A stretch of 27,186 nt of DNA. Origin: a virus. The notes beneath the pieces are model-generated. The model saw nothing but the letters and a program-made list of their open reading frames with translations. It had not been told where the DNA came from and ran no database searches. The position numbers and the translations under genes are program-made. Each line of letters starts with the position of its first letter. Within the stretch, counting starts at the first letter, position 1. The stretch covers positions 67,128 through 94,313 of IMG/VR virus record IMGVR_UViG_3300031578_009495. One strand, written 5' to 3'. Below are positions 25,588 through 27,186 of this stretch, in pieces.

Positions 25588-26194
25588 AGAAAGTCAGGTA
25601 GTTACAAAAGAAATGAGAGCCATAGGTGTTGAGGCTTATTCATGCGATATACTTCCTTGTAGTGGAGGACATCCCGAATGGCATCTACAACACGATGTTA
25701 CTGATATTCTAAGGCAAGAGTGGGATATCATTATTGCATTTCCACCATGCACATATTTGACTGTTACAGGAAACCGCTGGTTTAACATTGAGCGGTACGG
25801 TGAAAAAGCTATTAAGCGACACCAAGATAGAAAAGAAGCAATTGATTTTTTTCTGATGTTTGCGAATGCGGCTTGTGAAAAAATAGCGATTGAAAACCCT
25901 GTTGGTATCATGTCGAGTGAGTGGAGAAAACCAAATCAAATTATAAATCCTTATCAGTTTGGAGATGCTTTTGAGAAAAAGACATGTTTATGGTTGAAAG
26001 GATTACCACGTTTGGAGCCGACTAATATTGTTGAACCACCAAAGAGAAAAGAGTTTAAGAGCGGTAAATCAATGCCCAGCTGGTATGCTGATGCTGGGGG
26101 GCTCCCGAAAGACGAAAGGGCAAAACTGAGGAGCGCGACCTTTCCAGGAATAGCAGAAGCAATGGCTGATCAGTGGGGGAGTTTACTTAAATGA
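25562..26194 (+). CDS. Phage-type DNA cytosine-C5 methyltransferase
   Basis: LIACEES, SCDI, catalytic FPPCT, IENPVG, KKTCLWL and RS.TFPGIAEAMADQW. Confidence 0.85.
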   Translation: MGKALIACEESQVVTKEMRAIGVEAYSCDILPCSGGHPEWHLQHDVTDILRQEWDIIIAFPPCTYLTVTGNRWFNIERYGEKAIKRHQDRKEAIDFFLMFANAACEKIAIENPVGIMSSEWRKPNQIINPYQFGDAFEKKTCLWLKGLPRLEPTNIVEPPKRKEFKSGKSMPSWYADAGGLPKDERAKLRSATFPGIAEAMADQWGSLLK

Positions 26195-26221
26195 AAATCT
26201 ATAAAATCACAGGAATTTATT

Positions 26222-26812
26222 ATGTCTAAAACAATATCAGAAGAACAAAGAAAAAAGATAAGTGAATCTATGAAAGGTCGTAAATTATCAGAAGAGCATA
26301 AGTCAAAACTTCGTGAATCTATGAAGGGTGTGAATACTTGGGCAAAAGGTAGGACGGTTAGTGAAGAGACAAAGAGCAAACTAAGCAAAATAAGAAAAGG
26401 GAAAAATAGAAAACCTTTTTCTGCCGAAACCAAAGAAAAAATGAGACAAGCTAAACTTCAAAATCCAACTAACTATTGGAAAGGCAAGAAAAGACCACCA
26501 CACACAGAGGAAACCAAAGAAAAAATGAGAGAAGCCGCTTTTGAATATGCAAAGAATGTGTGTGATATTATTTGCCCAAGAATAGGTAGAAACGAAAAAT
26601 CCATTTTAGATGCAGTTGAGACTGGAATGAAAGTTAAGATTTTAAGGCAATACAAATGTCTTGGGTATTTTATAGATGGTTATATTCCAGAAATGAAAAT
26701 TGCAATAGAAGTTGACGAGAAACCCAAAACATCTCAAAAGGATATTGAACGGGAGTCTATTCTTGCTGAAAAACTTGGTTGTAGATTTATCAGGATTAAA
26801 GACTATGATTAA
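26222..26812 (+). CDS. NUMOD3-repeat endonuclease with a Vsr/DUF559-like C-domain
   Basis: Repeated SEE.K.K.S...KG (NUMOD3); 'RQY...GYFIDGY......AIEVDE....KD.ERE.....LGC.FIRI'. Confidence 0.85.
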   Translation: MSKTISEEQRKKISESMKGRKLSEEHKSKLRESMKGVNTWAKGRTVSEETKSKLSKIRKGKNRKPFSAETKEKMRQAKLQNPTNYWKGKKRPPHTEETKEKMREAAFEYAKNVCDIICPRIGRNEKSILDAVETGMKVKILRQYKCLGYFIDGYIPEMKIAIEVDEKPKTSQKDIERESILAEKLGCRFIRIKDYD

Positions 26813-27186
26813 TCGCATATATAAAATCACAGAAGCAAGTAAATATCTTGGAGTGTCAATCAACACGCTCAAGACACTTGCCAACAACAGAAAGATAAAA
26901 TCTTTCAAAACTACTGGTGAACACAGGCGTTTTCGTCAAGAAGATTTAGACGCTTATATGGGAGTCGAGAAAGAGAAGCAAGAAAAGTTGACTGTGATTT
27001 ATGCCAGATGTTCAACTGCCAAACAGAAAGAAAACCTTGAAAGGCAGAAAGATAGACTTAGAAAATACGCTGAAAATAAAGGCTACAAGTTTATTCTGAT
27101 TGATGAAATAGCCAGTGGGATAAACGAGAAACGAAAAGGCATACACAAACTTATTAAGCTATGTTTTGAGGGAAAGGTTGAGCGAA
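26805..27186 (+). CDS. tnpA: IS607-family serine transposase TnpA (3' end outside the window)
   Basis: Translated by hand: MINRIYKITEASKYLGVSINTLK...TTGEHRRF (MerR-type HTH), then VIYARCSTAKQKENLERQ...DEIASGINEKRKG (serine recombinase). Confidence 0.92.
   Translation, partial: MINRIYKITEASKYLGVSINTLKTLANNRKIKSFKTTGEHRRFRQEDLDAYMGVEKEKQEKLTVIYARCSTAKQKENLERQKDRLRKYAENKGYKFILIDEIASGINEKRKGIHKLIKLCFEGKVER

Noticed and set aside
1-27186. tRNA, rRNA, tmRNA, reverse transcriptase, integron integrase or virion genes
   Set aside because: No matching motifs seen by eye; a tRNAscan/Rfam run would be needed to exclude divergent RNAs.

Overview
AT-rich window with essentially all genes on the + strand. 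It reads as the early/replication region of a temperate phage, or a phage/ICE mosaic, from a probably Gram-negative (PEP-CTERM-using) host. Left to right: a DUF6094-like methyltransferase and SNF2-like helicase pair, an adenine methyltransferase, a PEP-CTERM moron, a Cro-like HTH, a putative recombination protein, SbcD/SbcC, a replication initiator with an internal iteron origin plus a DnaC-like loader, RusA, several nucleases, an ATPase-less RarA-C/SWIM protein, a divergent PurD, a C5 methyltransferase and a truncated IS607 transposase. No structural genes, integrase, tRNA or CRISPR array were seen. Three observations stand out. (1) A 408-aa intein splits the helicase DECH motif, and its endonuclease is not in the intein frame: it is a separate nested gene with its own Shine-Dalgarno in the +1 frame, while the intein frame stays open across it. 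(2) Two diverged copies of a ~210-220-nt structured element, 15 kb apart, show compensatory base changes (candidate unclassified ncRNA). (3) An integrase-less array of attC-bounded mini gene cassettes lies between sbcC and the replication gene. All family assignments come from motif recognition by eye; no searches were run.
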